Counted from the first letter of the stretch, positions 11,442 to 22,810 are shown. The stretch is DNA of 64,000 nucleotides from an uncultured Candidatus Rokubacteria bacterium (GCA_963747235.1 CAVVEU010000008.1:448001-512000), one strand, 5' to 3'. The notes: generated by a model from the sequence alone, not told the origin. A program made the numbers and translations.

Positions 11442-11909
11442 AGCCGGCGCGCCCCCACCCAGCGCGTGCGGAACCAGTCGTCCGTCGAGCCGCGCGATCT
11501 TGACCCCGCCCGGCTTGGTCGAGTGGACGAAGCGCCCGTCGCCCAGGTAGATGCCGTTGTGGCGGAGCTGGTTGAAGAACACGATGTCGCCCGGGATCAG
11601 GCGATCGCGGTCCACCGGGACGCCGAGGCGGAACTGCTGCGCGGCATTGTGGGGGATCGCGACGCCGACCTGGCTGAAGGCATACATGACGAGGCCGGAG
11701 CAGTCGAACCCGGACGGGCTCGAGCCGGCCCACACGTAGGGCGCGCCCAGGTAGCGCGTCGCCAGGCGCGCGGCGGTCGCGTTGCGGGAGCGGCGACTGC
11801 TCGGACGGGCCCGCCGTGACGGGAGGTCCGGCGACAGCACCTGTTTCGCGCAGCCGGCGACCGTGAGGAGCAGCAGCAATGGCAGGACCGCGGAAGGCCG
11901 CGCACTCAT
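11438..11909 (-). CDS. NlpC/P60 (C40) peptidoglycan peptidase, lipoprotein (frameshift near the 3' end)
   Basis: Lipobox VAGC; LGAPYVWAG...GFDCSGL; PGDIVFF..HNGIYLGDGRFVHS; corrected tail WFRTRWVGARRL-TAG. Confidence 0.85.
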
Positions 11910-11985
11910 CGCGAATCACGGTAACATGAGCCGCCCGCGGGACGCTCCGCCTGCGATGCGGGAAGCCCGAAGGCAAAGGGAAAGC

Positions 11986-12192
11986 ATGCTCCGGCGTCGG
12001 TCCGCTGCGCTGTGCGTCCTCGTGGCGATGGCGCTGACTTCCTGCGCCACGGGGCCACCGATCCCGCCCGCCTATACCCAGGAAGAGCTGGCCGAGCGGT
12101 GCGTCCGCACCGGGGGATGGTGGCACGGGGTCGCGCCGGATTCCCTGTTCAGCGGGTTCTGCGAGTATTCCTCTCCCGGCATTCTCCGCTGA
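11986..12192 (+). CDS. Small hypothetical lipoprotein
   Basis: Signal peptide plus lipobox LTSC; mature part has CVRTGGWW...FCEY. Confidence 0.6.
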   Translation: MLRRRSAALCVLVAMALTSCATGPPIPPAYTQEELAERCVRTGGWWHGVAPDSLFSGFCEYSSPGILR

Positions 12193-12220
12193 TCCGGCAT
12201 CGGGTATACTCCGCGCACCC

Positions 12221-14242
12221 GTGGCTCTCCGGATCGGCATCGACATCGGCGGCACCTTCACGGACCTGGTCGCGCTGGACGAGGCGACCGGGGCGGTGGT
12301 GGACACGAAGGCCCTGTCGACCCCGCACGACCTGCTCGAGGGCATCCTGCGCTGCGTGGACCAGGCGGGCACGCGCCTGGCCGACTGCCGTCTCGTCATC
12401 CACGGCACCACCATCGGGATCAACGCCCTGCTCGAGCGCAAGGGCGCGCTGACCGGGCTCATCACCACCGAGGGGTTCCGGGACGTGCTCGAGATCGGGC
12501 GCGGCAACTTCCTGCGGATGTACGACGTCCTGTACCGCCGGCCCGCCTCCCTGGTTCCCCGCGGCCGCCGCCTCGAGGTGAGCGAGCGCGTGACCTCGCG
12601 AGGCGAGGTGCTGACGCCGCTGGACGAGGCGGCGGTGCGCGTGGCGGCCCGGCGGCTCGGCGACGAGGGAGTGGAGTCGGTCGCGATCTCGTTCCTGTTC
12701 TCGTTCCGCAACCCGGAGCACGAGCGGCGCGCGGCCGAGCTGGTCGCGGAAGTCCTGCCGCGGGCCTCGGTGTCGGTCTCGCACCGGATCACCCAGGAGT
12801 GGCGCGAGTACGAGCGCACCAGCACCACGGTGGTGAATGCCTACATCCGGCCCATCATGGATCGCTACCTGGGCGCCTTCGAGCGGGGGCTGGCCGGGCG
12901 CGGCTTCGGGGGCCAGCTCCTGATCACCCAGTCGAACGGCGGCGCCTTCTCGGTGGCGGCGGCCGCCTCCAAGCCGGTGCACACGATCGAGTCGGGGCCC
13001 GCGGCGGGGGCCATCGGCTGCGCGAGCCTCGCGCAGGCGCTCGGCGCGGACCGGCTCATCTCCTTCGACATGGGCGGGACCACCGCCAAGTGCGCCATCG
13101 TCGCGGGCGGGCTCGTGCAGACCACCGACGAGTACCACGTGGACGGCCATCCGCTCCGCATCCCGGTCATCGACATCACCGAGGTGAGCGCGGGGGGCGG
13201 CACCATCGCCTGGGTCGACGCGGGCGGCGCGCTCGCCCTGGGCCCGCAGAGCGCGGGCGCCGAGCCGGGCCCGGTCTGCTACGGGCGCGGCGGCCTCGAG
13301 CCCACCGTCACGGACGCGAACCTGGTGCTGGGGCGCATCGCGGCCGGCCGCTTCCTCGGCGGCACCATGCCGCTCGACCACGCGGCGGCGTCGCGGGCCA
13401 TCGAGGAGCGCCTCGGGCTGCCGCTCGGCCTCGCGCGCGACAACGCGGCGGCCGGCGTCGTGCGGCTGGCCGACGTGAAGATGGCGCTGGCGGTGCGCAG
13501 CATCACCACCGAGCGCGGCCTGGACCCGCGGGACTACACGCTGGTGGCCTACGGCGGCGGCGGCCCGCTCCACGCGGTGGCGATCGCGCGCGAGCTCGGG
13601 ATCCCGCGGGTCATCATCCCGCCGGCGCCCTCCACGTTCTCGGCGTGGGGCATGCTCGCCACCGACCTCCGGCACGACCTGGTGCGCACCGTGCTGGAGC
13701 CGCTCGAGCGGACCGACGGCGCGTGGGCCGAGGCGCGGTACCGGGAGATGGAGCGCGAGATCGAGTCCATCCTGCCGCCGGTCGGCGCGGCGACCCGGCA
13801 CCGGGCGGCGGACCTACGCTACCTGGGCCAGGAGCACACGGTGACGGTGGAGGTGGGGAGCCTCGCCGACTGGGCGTCGCTCCGCGGCCGCTTCGACGCG
13901 GCGCACCAGCGCGCCTACGGCTACGCGGCGGCCGACGTGGAGGTGCAGCTCCTGAACCTGCGCCTGGCCGTCGTGTACCCCCTCGAGCGGGCGCCGCTGC
14001 CGACGCTCGAGCGCGGGACGGGGCGGGCGCCCGCCTTCGAGACGCGCAAGATCTACTCCACGCTGCTCCGCGACGTGCTCGAGTACCGCGTGTTCCCGCG
14101 GGAGCGGCTGCGGGCCGGTGACGTCGTGGAGGGTCCGGCCGCGATCGAGGAGGCGGGCACCACCACGATGCTGGAGCCGGGCGACCGCCTCCAGGTCGAG
14201 GACAACGCGTGCCTCGTGATCGACGTGGTGAAGGGAGGCTGA
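12221..14242 (+). CDS. Hydantoinase/5-oxoprolinase A subunit (ATP-dependent lactam hydrolase family)
   Basis: IGIDIGGTFTD, HGTT, EYERTSTT, ESGPAAG, DMGGTT, SAGAEPGPVCYGRGG, PTVTDA. Confidence 0.95.
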   Translation: MALRIGIDIGGTFTDLVALDEATGAVVDTKALSTPHDLLEGILRCVDQAGTRLADCRLVIHGTTIGINALLERKGALTGLITTEGFRDVLEIGRGNFLRMYDVLYRRPASLVPRGRRLEVSERVTSRGEVLTPLDEAAVRVAARRLGDEGVESVAISFLFSFRNPEHERRAAELVAEVLPRASVSVSHRITQEWREYERTSTTVVNAYIRPIMDRYLGAFERGLAGRGFGGQLLITQSNGGAFSVAAAASKPVHTIESGPAAGAIGCASLAQALGADRLISFDMGGTTAKCAIVAGGLVQTTDEYHVDGHPLRIPVIDITEVSAGGGTIAWVDAGGALALGPQSAGAEPGPVCYGRGGLEPTVTDANLVLGRIAAGRFLGGTMPLDHAAASRAIEERLGLPLGLARDNAAAGVVRLADVKMALAVRSITTERGLDPRDYTLVAYGGGGPLHAVAIARELGIPRVIIPPAPSTFSAWGMLATDLRHDLVRTVLEPLERTDGAWAEARYREMEREIESILPPVGAATRHRAADLRYLGQEHTVTVEVGSLADWASLRGRFDAAHQRAYGYAAADVEVQLLNLRLAVVYPLERAPLPTLERGTGRAPAFETRKIYSTLLRDVLEYRVFPRERLRAGDVVEGPAAIEEAGTTTMLEPGDRLQVEDNACLVIDVVKGG

Positions 14243-14245
14243 GCC

Positions 14246-15934
14246 ATGGGAAATGTTCCGCTCGACGCGGTGACGGTCGAGGTGGTCCGCGCCGCGCTCA
14301 ACGCGGCGGCCGAGCGCATGCGGATCACCATGATCAAGACCGCCTACAACCACATCATCAGCGAGAGCCTCGACTTCGGCTGCGCGATCTTCGATCCCGA
14401 CGTGCAGATGATCGCCCAGGGCATCGGGCTGCCAGTGTTCCAGGGCCACCTGGGCTTCCCCATCCAGGCCACCCTCGCCGATCGGGGCCTCGAGGCCTTC
14501 CGCGAGGGCGACGTCTTCATCCACAACGATCCCTACGCGGGCAACGGCAACCACCTGAACGACGTGGCCATGTACGCGCCGGTGTTCTGGGAGGGGGTGC
14601 TCACCGGTTTCGTCTCGGTGAAGGCCCACTGGAGCGACGTGGGCGGCCCGGTGCCGAGCTCCATGCAGGTGGGCTCGCGGGAGTTCCGGCAGGAGGGGCT
14701 TCGCTTCCAGTCGGTGCGCCTCTTCAGCCGCGGGGAGCTGAACGACGAGGTGATGCGGATGATCCGGGGCAACATCCGCACCGAGAGCGGCACGATGAAG
14801 GACATCCAGGCCATGATCGCGGTCTGCCGCGCCGGCCTGGCCTACTTCCACGAGATCCTCGGCAAGTACGGGCGCGACACCGTGCTCGACTCCACCCGGG
14901 TCTACCTCGAGCAGTCCGAGCGTCGCACGCGCGCCGAGCTGGCCCGCATCCCGTCGGGGACGTATCGGGCGGTGGCCCACTTCGACAACGACGGCATCAG
15001 CCTCGACCAGCCGGTGCGCATCGAGATGGCCATCACGGTGGACGCGGGCGCGATGACGGTGGACTTCGAGGGCTCGAGCCCGCAGGTGGTGGGCCCGTTC
15101 AACTGCGGCGACGCGATCACGGTCAGCGCGTGCCGGCTCCTGATCAAGTGCCTGACCACGCCGCTCACCCCGGTGGACGAGGGCTGCTTCCGGCCGCTCA
15201 CCGTGCGCATCCCGGCGCGCTCGGTGCTGGCCTGCGAGGAGCCCGCGCCGACCGCGCGCTACTACGTGCCGATCAACCTGCTGATCGACCTGGGCCTGCG
15301 CGCGCTCTCCGAGGCGCTGCCCGAGGGCATCCCGGCCGGCTCCTACGGGGACCAGATGCCCACGATCGCGTTCGGGACCCATCCCGACACCGGGCGCCTC
15401 TTCATCCAGGGCGATCTCAACGCGGGCGGCACCGGGGCGCGGCCGGCCTATGACGGCGAGTCCGGCATGATCATCTTCGCGGGCTCGACCGCGCGGAACA
15501 ATCCGGTCGAGGTGGTGGAGTCGCGCATCCCGACCATCCGCATCCTCAAGTACGGGCTCCGGCCGGACTCGGGCGGCGCCGGGCGGTATCGGGGCGGCCT
15601 TGGCATCGAGCGGCTCTACGAGTTCCTGGCGCCGGCCTTCATCACCTTCAGCCTCGAGCGCAAGGTCACGCCGCCCTGGGGCCTGCAAGGCGGGAAGGAC
15701 GGCGCGGTGAACGGCGTCGAGATCACCGCGCCCGACGGGGCGGTGCGGCACGTGCGCAAGGCGACCCAGCATCCGATCGCGGCGGGCGAGCGCGTGCGCA
15801 TCATGACCGGCGGCGGCGGCGGCTTCGGCCCGGCCGCCGAGCGGGATGAGGCGGCGGTGCGGCGCGACGTCCGCGAGGGCTACGTGACGCCGGAGGCCGC
15901 GCGGCGCGACTACGGCGCCCGCGGCGGGGCCTAG
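14246..15934 (+). CDS. Hydantoinase B/oxoprolinase family subunit
   Basis: NDPYAGNGNHLND, HWSDVGG, QEG, DSGGAGRYRGG, GGGGGFG. Confidence 0.95.
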   Translation: MGNVPLDAVTVEVVRAALNAAAERMRITMIKTAYNHIISESLDFGCAIFDPDVQMIAQGIGLPVFQGHLGFPIQATLADRGLEAFREGDVFIHNDPYAGNGNHLNDVAMYAPVFWEGVLTGFVSVKAHWSDVGGPVPSSMQVGSREFRQEGLRFQSVRLFSRGELNDEVMRMIRGNIRTESGTMKDIQAMIAVCRAGLAYFHEILGKYGRDTVLDSTRVYLEQSERRTRAELARIPSGTYRAVAHFDNDGISLDQPVRIEMAITVDAGAMTVDFEGSSPQVVGPFNCGDAITVSACRLLIKCLTTPLTPVDEGCFRPLTVRIPARSVLACEEPAPTARYYVPINLLIDLGLRALSEALPEGIPAGSYGDQMPTIAFGTHPDTGRLFIQGDLNAGGTGARPAYDGESGMIIFAGSTARNNPVEVVESRIPTIRILKYGLRPDSGGAGRYRGGLGIERLYEFLAPAFITFSLERKVTPPWGLQGGKDGAVNGVEITAPDGAVRHVRKATQHPIAAGERVRIMTGGGGGFGPAAERDEAAVRRDVREGYVTPEAARRDYGARGGA

Positions 15935-15946
15935 CCGGGCGGCCTC

Positions 15947-17165
15947 ATGGCTTCGCTCCGCGCGATCCGCTGCGGCACGCTGTTCGACGGGACCGGCGCG
16001 GCGCCCGTGCGCTCCGCGGTGGTGGTGGTGGACGGCGCGCGGATCACGGCCATCGGCCCCGCCGCCACCACGCCGGTGCCCGCGGGCGCCGAGGTCCTCG
16101 ACTGGAGCGATCGCTTCGTGATGCCGGGCCTGGTGGATGCCCACAGCCACATCTCGATCGTGCCGGGCGACGGCGACCAGATCGGCCAGCTCCGGCAGGA
16201 GGCGGTGCCGCAGGCGTTGCGCGCGACCGCGAACCTGCGGCGCGACCTGGCCTCCGGCACCACCACGCTGCGGGTGATGACCGAGGAGCACTTCCTCGAC
16301 GTGGCGGTGCGGGAGGCGATCGAGGCGGGCGTGATCCCGGGACCGCGCCTGCTCTGCGGCACGCGCGGCATCACCTCCAGCAACGGCCACGGCCGCGCGC
16401 ACTCCGCCTTCGACGGGGTGGACGAGATCCGCCGCGGGGTGCGCGAGAACTTCCAGCGCGGCGCCGATCACGTCAAGATCTTCGCCACCGGGGGAGTCAG
16501 CTCGCCGGGCACCACGCTGAACGCGAGCGTCTACTCGCGCGAGGAGATCCGGGCCGCGGTCGAGGAGGCGGAGCGGGCCGGGAAGTACGCGGCGGCCCAC
16601 GCCCACGGGGGCCCCGGGCTCCGTCTCTGCGTGGAGGAGGGCGTCTCCACCATCGAGCACGCCGGGCTCGCCACCGACGACGACGTCGCGCTGATGAAGG
16701 AGCATCGCGCCTGGCTCATCTGCACCTTCTCGATCTTCATGCACGCGCGCGGCATCGAGCAGGGCGACGGGCGCAACCCCGCGATCATGGCGAAGCTGGC
16801 CGCGGCGCGCCGGACGATCGCGGAGACCTTCCCGCGCCACCTGGCCTCGGGGGTGCGCTACGCCTCCGGCACCGATGGGGTGCACGGCGCGATGCCCTTC
16901 GAGCTGGAGACGCTGGTGCGCTTCGGGGTCTCCACGGCGGACGCGCTGCTGTCGGGCACGCGCTGGGCGGCCGAGGCCTGCCGCATGGACTCGGAGGTGG
17001 GCAGCCTGGCGCCGGGCAAGCGCGCGGATCTGATCGCGATCGAGGGCGACCCGCTGGCGGACATCGAGGCGCTCCGCCGGGTGCGCCTCGTCATGAAGGA
17101 CGGTGAGGTTCAGGACGTCATGTCGAACAATTATGGGAGGAACGGCAAGGGGGAGGAACGGGTGA
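15947..17165 (+). CDS. Amidohydrolase family protein, prolidase/imidazolonepropionase-like (3' end uncertain)
   Basis: MPGLVDAHSH, GADHVKIFATGG, AAHAHG, TIEH, SGTD, GSLAPGKRADLIA, VMKDG; no in-frame stop before the next gene. Confidence 0.85.
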
Positions 17166-18749
17166 TGGCGGATCGGGAGCGGACGGCGGACTGGGATCGG
17201 AGCACGCGGCGGGAGTGGCTGGGTCGGATGGGCGGGCTCGCCGCGGGGGCGGGGCTGGCCTCGATGGGCGGCGCGGGCCTCGCGGCGCGCCCGGCGTGGG
17301 CGCAGGGGCAGCCCAAGCGCGGCGGGCATCCTGAAGGTCGCCACCGTGGACAAGCCGGTGAACATGGACCCGGGCTTCGCCCAGCTCTACTCCTCGCTCC
17401 AGGTCTACCAGAACGTCTACAACAAGCTCGTCTACGTGGACGATGCCGGCCAGTTCGTGCCCGGCCTCGCGAAGTCGTGGAAGCAGGACGGCGAGAAGAC
17501 CTGGGTCTTCGACCTGGTGGACAACGCCACCTTCCACAACGGCGAGCCGTTCACCGCCAAGGACGTGGCCTTCACCTTCAACCGGCTGCTCGACGCCAAG
17601 AACAAGCTGCCGATGCGCGTGTTCTTCTCGCCGGTCGAAGGCGTGGAGGCGGTCGGGGCGCATCAGGTGCGCTTCAGCCTGAGCCGGCCGTTCGGCCCGC
17701 TCTTCGCGATGCTGTCGCAGGCCACCGAGATCGTCAACGAGAAGGCGCTCGCCGAGAAGGATCCGAAGCTGTTCCCGATCGGCACCGGGCCCTATCGCTT
17801 CGTGGAGTGGGTGAAGGACGACCACATCACGCTCGAGCGCTGGGACAAGTACTTCCGGCCCAACCGCCCGTACCTCGACCGCATCATCTTCCATTCGCCG
17901 GCCGACGACACGGTGCGGCTCACCGGGCTCCAGACCGGGCGCTTCAACTGGATCCAGACCGTGCCGCCGCAGCGCATCGCGGAGCTCGAGCGGCTGCCGC
18001 GCGAGATGAAGTCCTCGCCCGGCAAGCCCTACTTCCCGTTCTACCTGATGCTGAACGCGAGCCGCCCGCCGCTCAACGACAAGCGCCTGCGGCAGGCCCT
18101 GGCGTGGACGATCGACCGGTCCGAGATCGTCAAGCTCGTCTACTTCGACACCCACGTGGTCACCGCGGAGCCCACTCCGGCGCCGAGCCCGTGGGCCACC
18201 GGGGTGAACGCCCACAAGGGCGGCCCCGACCTGGCGAAGGCCAGGCAGCTCCTCGCCGAGGCGGGCCACGGCAACGGGCTCACCCTGACCTATCTCGTGA
18301 AGTCGCAGGTGCCGGTGCTGGTCAAGACCGGCGAGATCCTGCGCGAGCAGCTCAAGAAGGTGGGCATCACGCTCGACGTGCGGCCGCTCGAGTCCGGGCA
18401 GTACTTCGAGGAGCTGGTCGGCAAGAAGTTCGACATCGCGGGCGGGTGGTGGAGCGTCACGGTGGACCCGGACATGTTCTACTACCCGATGCAGCACTCG
18501 TCCTCGGCGTGGAACTTCTGCGGGTTCAAGTCGGAGGAGGCGGACAAGCGGCTCGACGCCTTCCGCTTCACCGCGAACGTGGCCGCGCGCAAGAAGATGT
18601 ACCCGGAGCTGGTGCGCTACTTCCAGGAGGAAGGCTCGCTGATCGTCTTCAGCAACGAGCTGCAGCGCTACTGGATGAAGCCCAACGTGCAGGGCTCGGC
18701 GCCGCTGTCCTCGCTCGAGCTGCGCTTCGAGGACACCTGGCTGAGTTGA
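17165..18749 (+). CDS. Peptide/nickel ABC substrate-binding protein with Tat signal (frameshift near 17325)
   Basis: STRREWL; AWAQGQPKRGG; FHNGEPFTAKDV; PIGTGPYRF. Confidence 0.9.
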
Positions 18750-18754
18750 TTGAA

Positions 18755-18785
18755 CTGGGGGGAGCGAGCGCCGCTCCTCCCCCAG
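18755..18785. repeat. Intergenic GC hairpin (REP-like) downstream of the binding-protein gene
   Basis: CTGGGGGGAGCG pairs with CGCTCCTCCCCCAG with a small bulge; no U-tract. Confidence 0.5.
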
Positions 18786-18814
18786 GCCCCCCCACCGCTC
18801 TCGAACAGCGCGAG

Positions 18815-19760
18815 ATGATTCTCGTACGCGGTGCGGCGGCTGGCCTTGGCGGTGCCGCTGCTGCTCGGCATGAGCGTGCTGATCTTCGCGCTCATGCGCC
18901 TGGTGCCGGGCGACCCGGCGGTGGCGGTGCTGGGCTACAAGGCCACGCCCGACGGCATCCGGGCGCTGCGCGAGGCCTTCCACCTCGACGAGCCGGTGCC
19001 GCAGCAGTACCTGCGCTGGCTCGGCGCGGCCGCGCGCGGAGACCTCGGCCACGACTTCCGCCAGAACGAGCCCATCGGCCGGATGATCCTCGACCGGTTG
19101 CCGGTGACGCTCGAGCTGACCCTGCTCGCCGCGCTCTGCACGGTGCTGATCGGGGTGCCGCTCGGCCTTCTGGCCGGCGGCCGGCGCGGCGGGGCCGCGG
19201 ATCGGGCCGCGCTCGCGGTGGGCCTGCTCGGGGTCTCGGTGCCCGACTTCTGGCTCGGGATCATGCTGATCCTGGGCCTCTCGCTGGGCGCCGGGCTGCT
19301 GCCCTCGGGCGGGTGGGTGCCGTTCGCGGAAAGTCCGCTCGAGAACCTGATCCACATGGCGCTCCCGGCCCTGACGCTGGCGGTGAGCCGCGCGGCGGTG
19401 CTCGGCCGGCTGACCCGCGCCGCGGTGCTCGACACCATGCACAAGAGCTTCGTGCAGTACGCGCGCGCCAAGGGCCTCGGCGAGCGCGCCATCCTCTTCC
19501 GGCACGTGCTGCCCAACGCGGCGATCCCGATCGTCACGGTGCTCGGGCTGCAGGTCGGCTACATGCTGGGCGGCGCCATCGTGGTCGAGATGATCTTCAC
19601 GCTGCCCGGCCTCGGGCGCATGACGCTGGACGCGGTGCTCGAGCGCAACTACCCGGTGGTGCAGAGCGCGGTGCTGGTGATCGGCGCGATGTTCATGCTG
19701 GTGAACCTGGTCACCGACGTGCTCTACGGCGCCATCGACCCGCGCGTGCGGCGGCGCTGA
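18815..19760 (+). CDS. Peptide ABC permease, DppB-like (ATG 18815 needs one indel; in-frame GTG 18831)
   Basis: MRLVPGDPA, GDLG, PDFWLG, YARAKGL, RHVLPNA, IFTLPGLG, IDPRVR. Confidence 0.92.
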
Positions 19761-20596
19761 TGCGACCGTCGGGGATGAAGCTGGAGGGAGTGACCGTGGC
19801 CGGGCTCGCGGTGGTGGCCGCGCTCGCGCTGATCGCGGTCCTCGCGCCGCATGTCGTGCCGGGCAGCCCCACCGAGATCGCCAAGGACCACGCGCTGCGC
19901 GGCCCCACCTGGGGCCAGCCCTTCGGCATGGACGACCTCGGGCGGTCCATCCTGAGCCGGGTCGCGCACGCCTACCGCGTCTCGCTCGGCGTCGCGCTGG
20001 CCTCGGTGGCGCTGGCCCTGCTGGTCGGCCTCCCGCTCGGCCTGGTGGCGGGCTACGCGGAGGGCGCGCTCGATCAGCTCATCATGCGGCCGCTCGATGT
20101 GCTGATGGCGTTCCCCGCGATTCTCCTCGCGATCGCCCTCATGAGCGTGTTCGGCACCGGCGTGGTGCTGGTGGCCGCCTCGCTCGCGGTGGTCTACACC
20201 CCGATCGTGGCGCGCGTGGTCCGGGCCGCGGTGCTCGCGGTCAAGGCGGAGGTCTACGTGGACGGCGCGAGGGCGCTGGGCGCGCCGGCGCCCCGGCTGG
20301 TGCTGCGCCACATCCTGCCCAACGCGGCGACGCCGGTGCTGGTGCAGGCCTCGGTGCTGATGGCGATCGCGATCCTGGTCGAGGCCTCGCTGTCGTTCCT
20401 CGGGGTCGGCGTGCGGCCGCCGACGCCCTCGCTCGGGCTCATGCTGGCCGACGGCCGCGGCTTCATGGTGCAGGCGCCCTGGATGGTGATCTTCCCCGGG
20501 CTGGCCATCATGGCCGCGGTGCTCGGCTTCAACATGGTGGCCGACGGACTGCGCGACTGGCTCGACCCGCGTTCTGGCGGTAGCATGGGGGCATGA
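19760..20596 (+). CDS. Peptide ABC permease, DppC-like
   Basis: PFGMDDLGRSILSR, AFPAILLA, RHILPNA, EASLSFLG, DGLRDWLDPR. Confidence 0.92.
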   Translation: MRPSGMKLEGVTVAGLAVVAALALIAVLAPHVVPGSPTEIAKDHALRGPTWGQPFGMDDLGRSILSRVAHAYRVSLGVALASVALALLVGLPLGLVAGYAEGALDQLIMRPLDVLMAFPAILLAIALMSVFGTGVVLVAASLAVVYTPIVARVVRAAVLAVKAEVYVDGARALGAPAPRLVLRHILPNAATPVLVQASVLMAIAILVEASLSFLGVGVRPPTPSLGLMLADGRGFMVQAPWMVIFPGLAIMAAVLGFNMVADGLRDWLDPRSGGSMGA

Positions 20597-21840
20597 AGAC
20601 TCAGCGGTTCGTCATCGTGGGGGCCGCCCTGGCGGGCGCGAGCGCGGCGGCGGCGCTCCGTGAAGGGGGCTTCGACGGCCGGATCACCCTGATCGGCGCC
20701 GAGCCGCTGATGCCGTACAATCGCCCGCCGCTCTCGAAGGGCTATCTCCGCGGCCAGGACCGCTTCGAGGATCAGCTCGTCAATCCGCCCGCGTACTATG
20801 CCGAGCACGACATCACGCTGCGGTCGGGGGTGCGCGCGGACGCCATCGATCCGGGGCGCAAGATCGTCACCCTGGAGCGCGGCGACGAGGTCCCGTACGA
20901 CCGGCTCCTGGTGACCACCGGCGGGCGCAACCGGACGCTGACGACGCCCGGGGCCAACCTGCCCGGCATCTTCCAGCTCCGGACCGTGGAGGACTGCGAT
21001 CGGCTCCGCGCCGTGGCCAAGCCCGGGCGCCGCGCGGTCGTGATCGGCCTGGGGTTCATCGGCTCCGAGGTGACCGCGTCGCTCCGCCAGATGGGCGTCG
21101 AGGTCACGGCGGTCGAGGGCAATCCGGCGCCGCTGGCGCGGGTGCTCGGCCCGGAGGTCGGCGCGGTGCTGGCCGGCATCCATCGCGAGAAGGGCGTGGA
21201 GCTGGTCCTGGAAGACTCGGTCGCGGCCTTCGAGGGCACGGGCTGGGTGGAGCGCGTGCGCACGACGAAGGGGCGGGTGCTGCCGTGCGACTTCGTGGTG
21301 GCCGGCATCGGCATCGTGCCCAACGCGGAGCTGCTCGCCGCCGCGGGGGCGACGGTGGACAACGGCGTGCTCGTGGACGAGCGCTGTCGCACCTCGCTGC
21401 CGGACGTCTACGCGGCGGGCGACGTGGCGAACCATCTCCATCCCGTCTTCGGGCGGCTGCGCGTCGAGCACTGGAACAATGCCTACCGGCAGGGGCGGGC
21501 CGCGGCCCGCGCGATGCTGGACGGGCCCGAGCCCTACGACTACATGCACTCGTTCTGGTCGGATCAGTACGAGCACGTGATCGAGTACATCGGCTTCGCG
21601 GCGTCCTGGGACCGGCTCGTGTTCCGGGGCGATCCGGCCGGCCGGAAGTTCCTCGGCTTCTACGTGAAGGACGGGGTCGTGCGCGCGGCGGTGGGGCTCG
21701 ATCGCGGCGGCGATCCGGAGGATCCCAAGGGCGACAGCGAGCTGGCGGTGGTCGCGGGCCTCATCCGGGATCGCGTCCCGGCCGATCCGGGGCGGCTGGC
21801 CGACGAGGGCGTGGACCTCAAGCGCCTCGCCCGCCCATAG
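20593..21840 (+). CDS. FAD-dependent NAD(P)H:ferredoxin reductase-like oxidoreductase
   Basis: PYNRPPLSKGYL, GLGFIGSE, TSLPDVYAAGDVA, RVEHW, FWSDQY. Confidence 0.92.
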   Translation: MKTQRFVIVGAALAGASAAAALREGGFDGRITLIGAEPLMPYNRPPLSKGYLRGQDRFEDQLVNPPAYYAEHDITLRSGVRADAIDPGRKIVTLERGDEVPYDRLLVTTGGRNRTLTTPGANLPGIFQLRTVEDCDRLRAVAKPGRRAVVIGLGFIGSEVTASLRQMGVEVTAVEGNPAPLARVLGPEVGAVLAGIHREKGVELVLEDSVAAFEGTGWVERVRTTKGRVLPCDFVVAGIGIVPNAELLAAAGATVDNGVLVDERCRTSLPDVYAAGDVANHLHPVFGRLRVEHWNNAYRQGRAAARAMLDGPEPYDYMHSFWSDQYEHVIEYIGFAASWDRLVFRGDPAGRKFLGFYVKDGVVRAAVGLDRGGDPEDPKGDSELAVVAGLIRDRVPADPGRLADEGVDLKRLARP

Positions 21841-21858
21841 TGGTAAACTCCTGACATC

Positions 21859-22810
21859 ATGAGCTTCGACTACGGCAAGTACTTCGGCGAGATCAAGCTG
21901 ACGCACGACCTCCTCTCGAAGAAGGAGGAGCGCACCTGGCTGCTCAAGCCGCCGCGCGACGGCGAGCGCCACGATGTCGTCCTCTACCTGGGCTGCAACG
22001 TGCTGCGGACCTCGCACCTGGTCGAGACGGTGGGCGCGGTCTTCGACCGGCTCGGGCTCGACTACGTGGCCGCGGGCGGGCCGACCTACTGCTGCGGCAT
22101 CCAGCACCACCGCCGCGGGCAGGAGGCGTCGGGCGAGCGCTACGCCAATCACACCGTGGAGCTGCTGCAGAGCATGGCGCCGCGCGAGGTCGTGATGTGG
22201 TGCCCGTCGTGCATCCAGTTCTACGACGAGGTGCTGCAGGCCGAGCTGCCGTTCCCGAAGCGCCACACCGCCGAGTTCCTGGCCGACTGTCTCGACCGCG
22301 GGCTCTTCACGTTCACCCAGCGGGTCGAGGCCACCGTGGCGCTGCACTATCACTACGCGACGGAGGCCCGGGCGCGCGAAGGGCGGGCCGCGCGGCGGCT
22401 GCTGGAGGCGGTGCCCGGTATCACGGTGATCGACTTCGAGCCCGACGCGCGCTGGGGGCGCACGTGCACGCCGGCGCTCCAGGAGCAGCTCGGGCCCGCG
22501 GTCTGGCGGCAGATGGCGCTCGACGACATCGACCGGGCGGTCGGGGCGGGGGCCACGCACCTGGCCGGCATCTACCACGGCTGCCATCGCGATCAGTGCC
22601 GGTTCGAGCGCGAGCGGCCCGATCGTGGTCGAGCACTACCTGACGCTCTTCGCGCGCGCCCTCGGCATCGAGTTCGAGGACACCTACAAGAAGTACATGC
22701 ACATGGGCGACCCCGACCGGATCCTGGAGGACGCGAGCCCCTGCATGGCCGCCAACGGGGTCGATCCCGAGAAGGCGCGCGGGCTCGTCATCAAGACCTT
22801 CTCGGCGTGA
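21859..22810 (+). CDS. CCG-domain (HdrB/GlpC-like) Fe-S binding protein (frameshift near 22620)
   Basis: LYLGCN, YCCG, WCPSC, YHGCHR; continues VEHYLTLFARALGIEFEDTYKKY. Confidence 0.75.

Noticed and set aside
13814-17365. Long antisense ORFs (also 42757-45549, 58233-60965 and many others)
   Set aside because: Shadow frames of real genes in high-GC DNA; Arg/Ala/Gly/Pro-rich with no recognisable motifs
15947-20596. 1549-aa ORF as a giant fusion protein
   Set aside because: Chimera of the amidohydrolase, off-frame SBP/DppB sequence and DppC, produced by indels and stop-poor GC-rich frames
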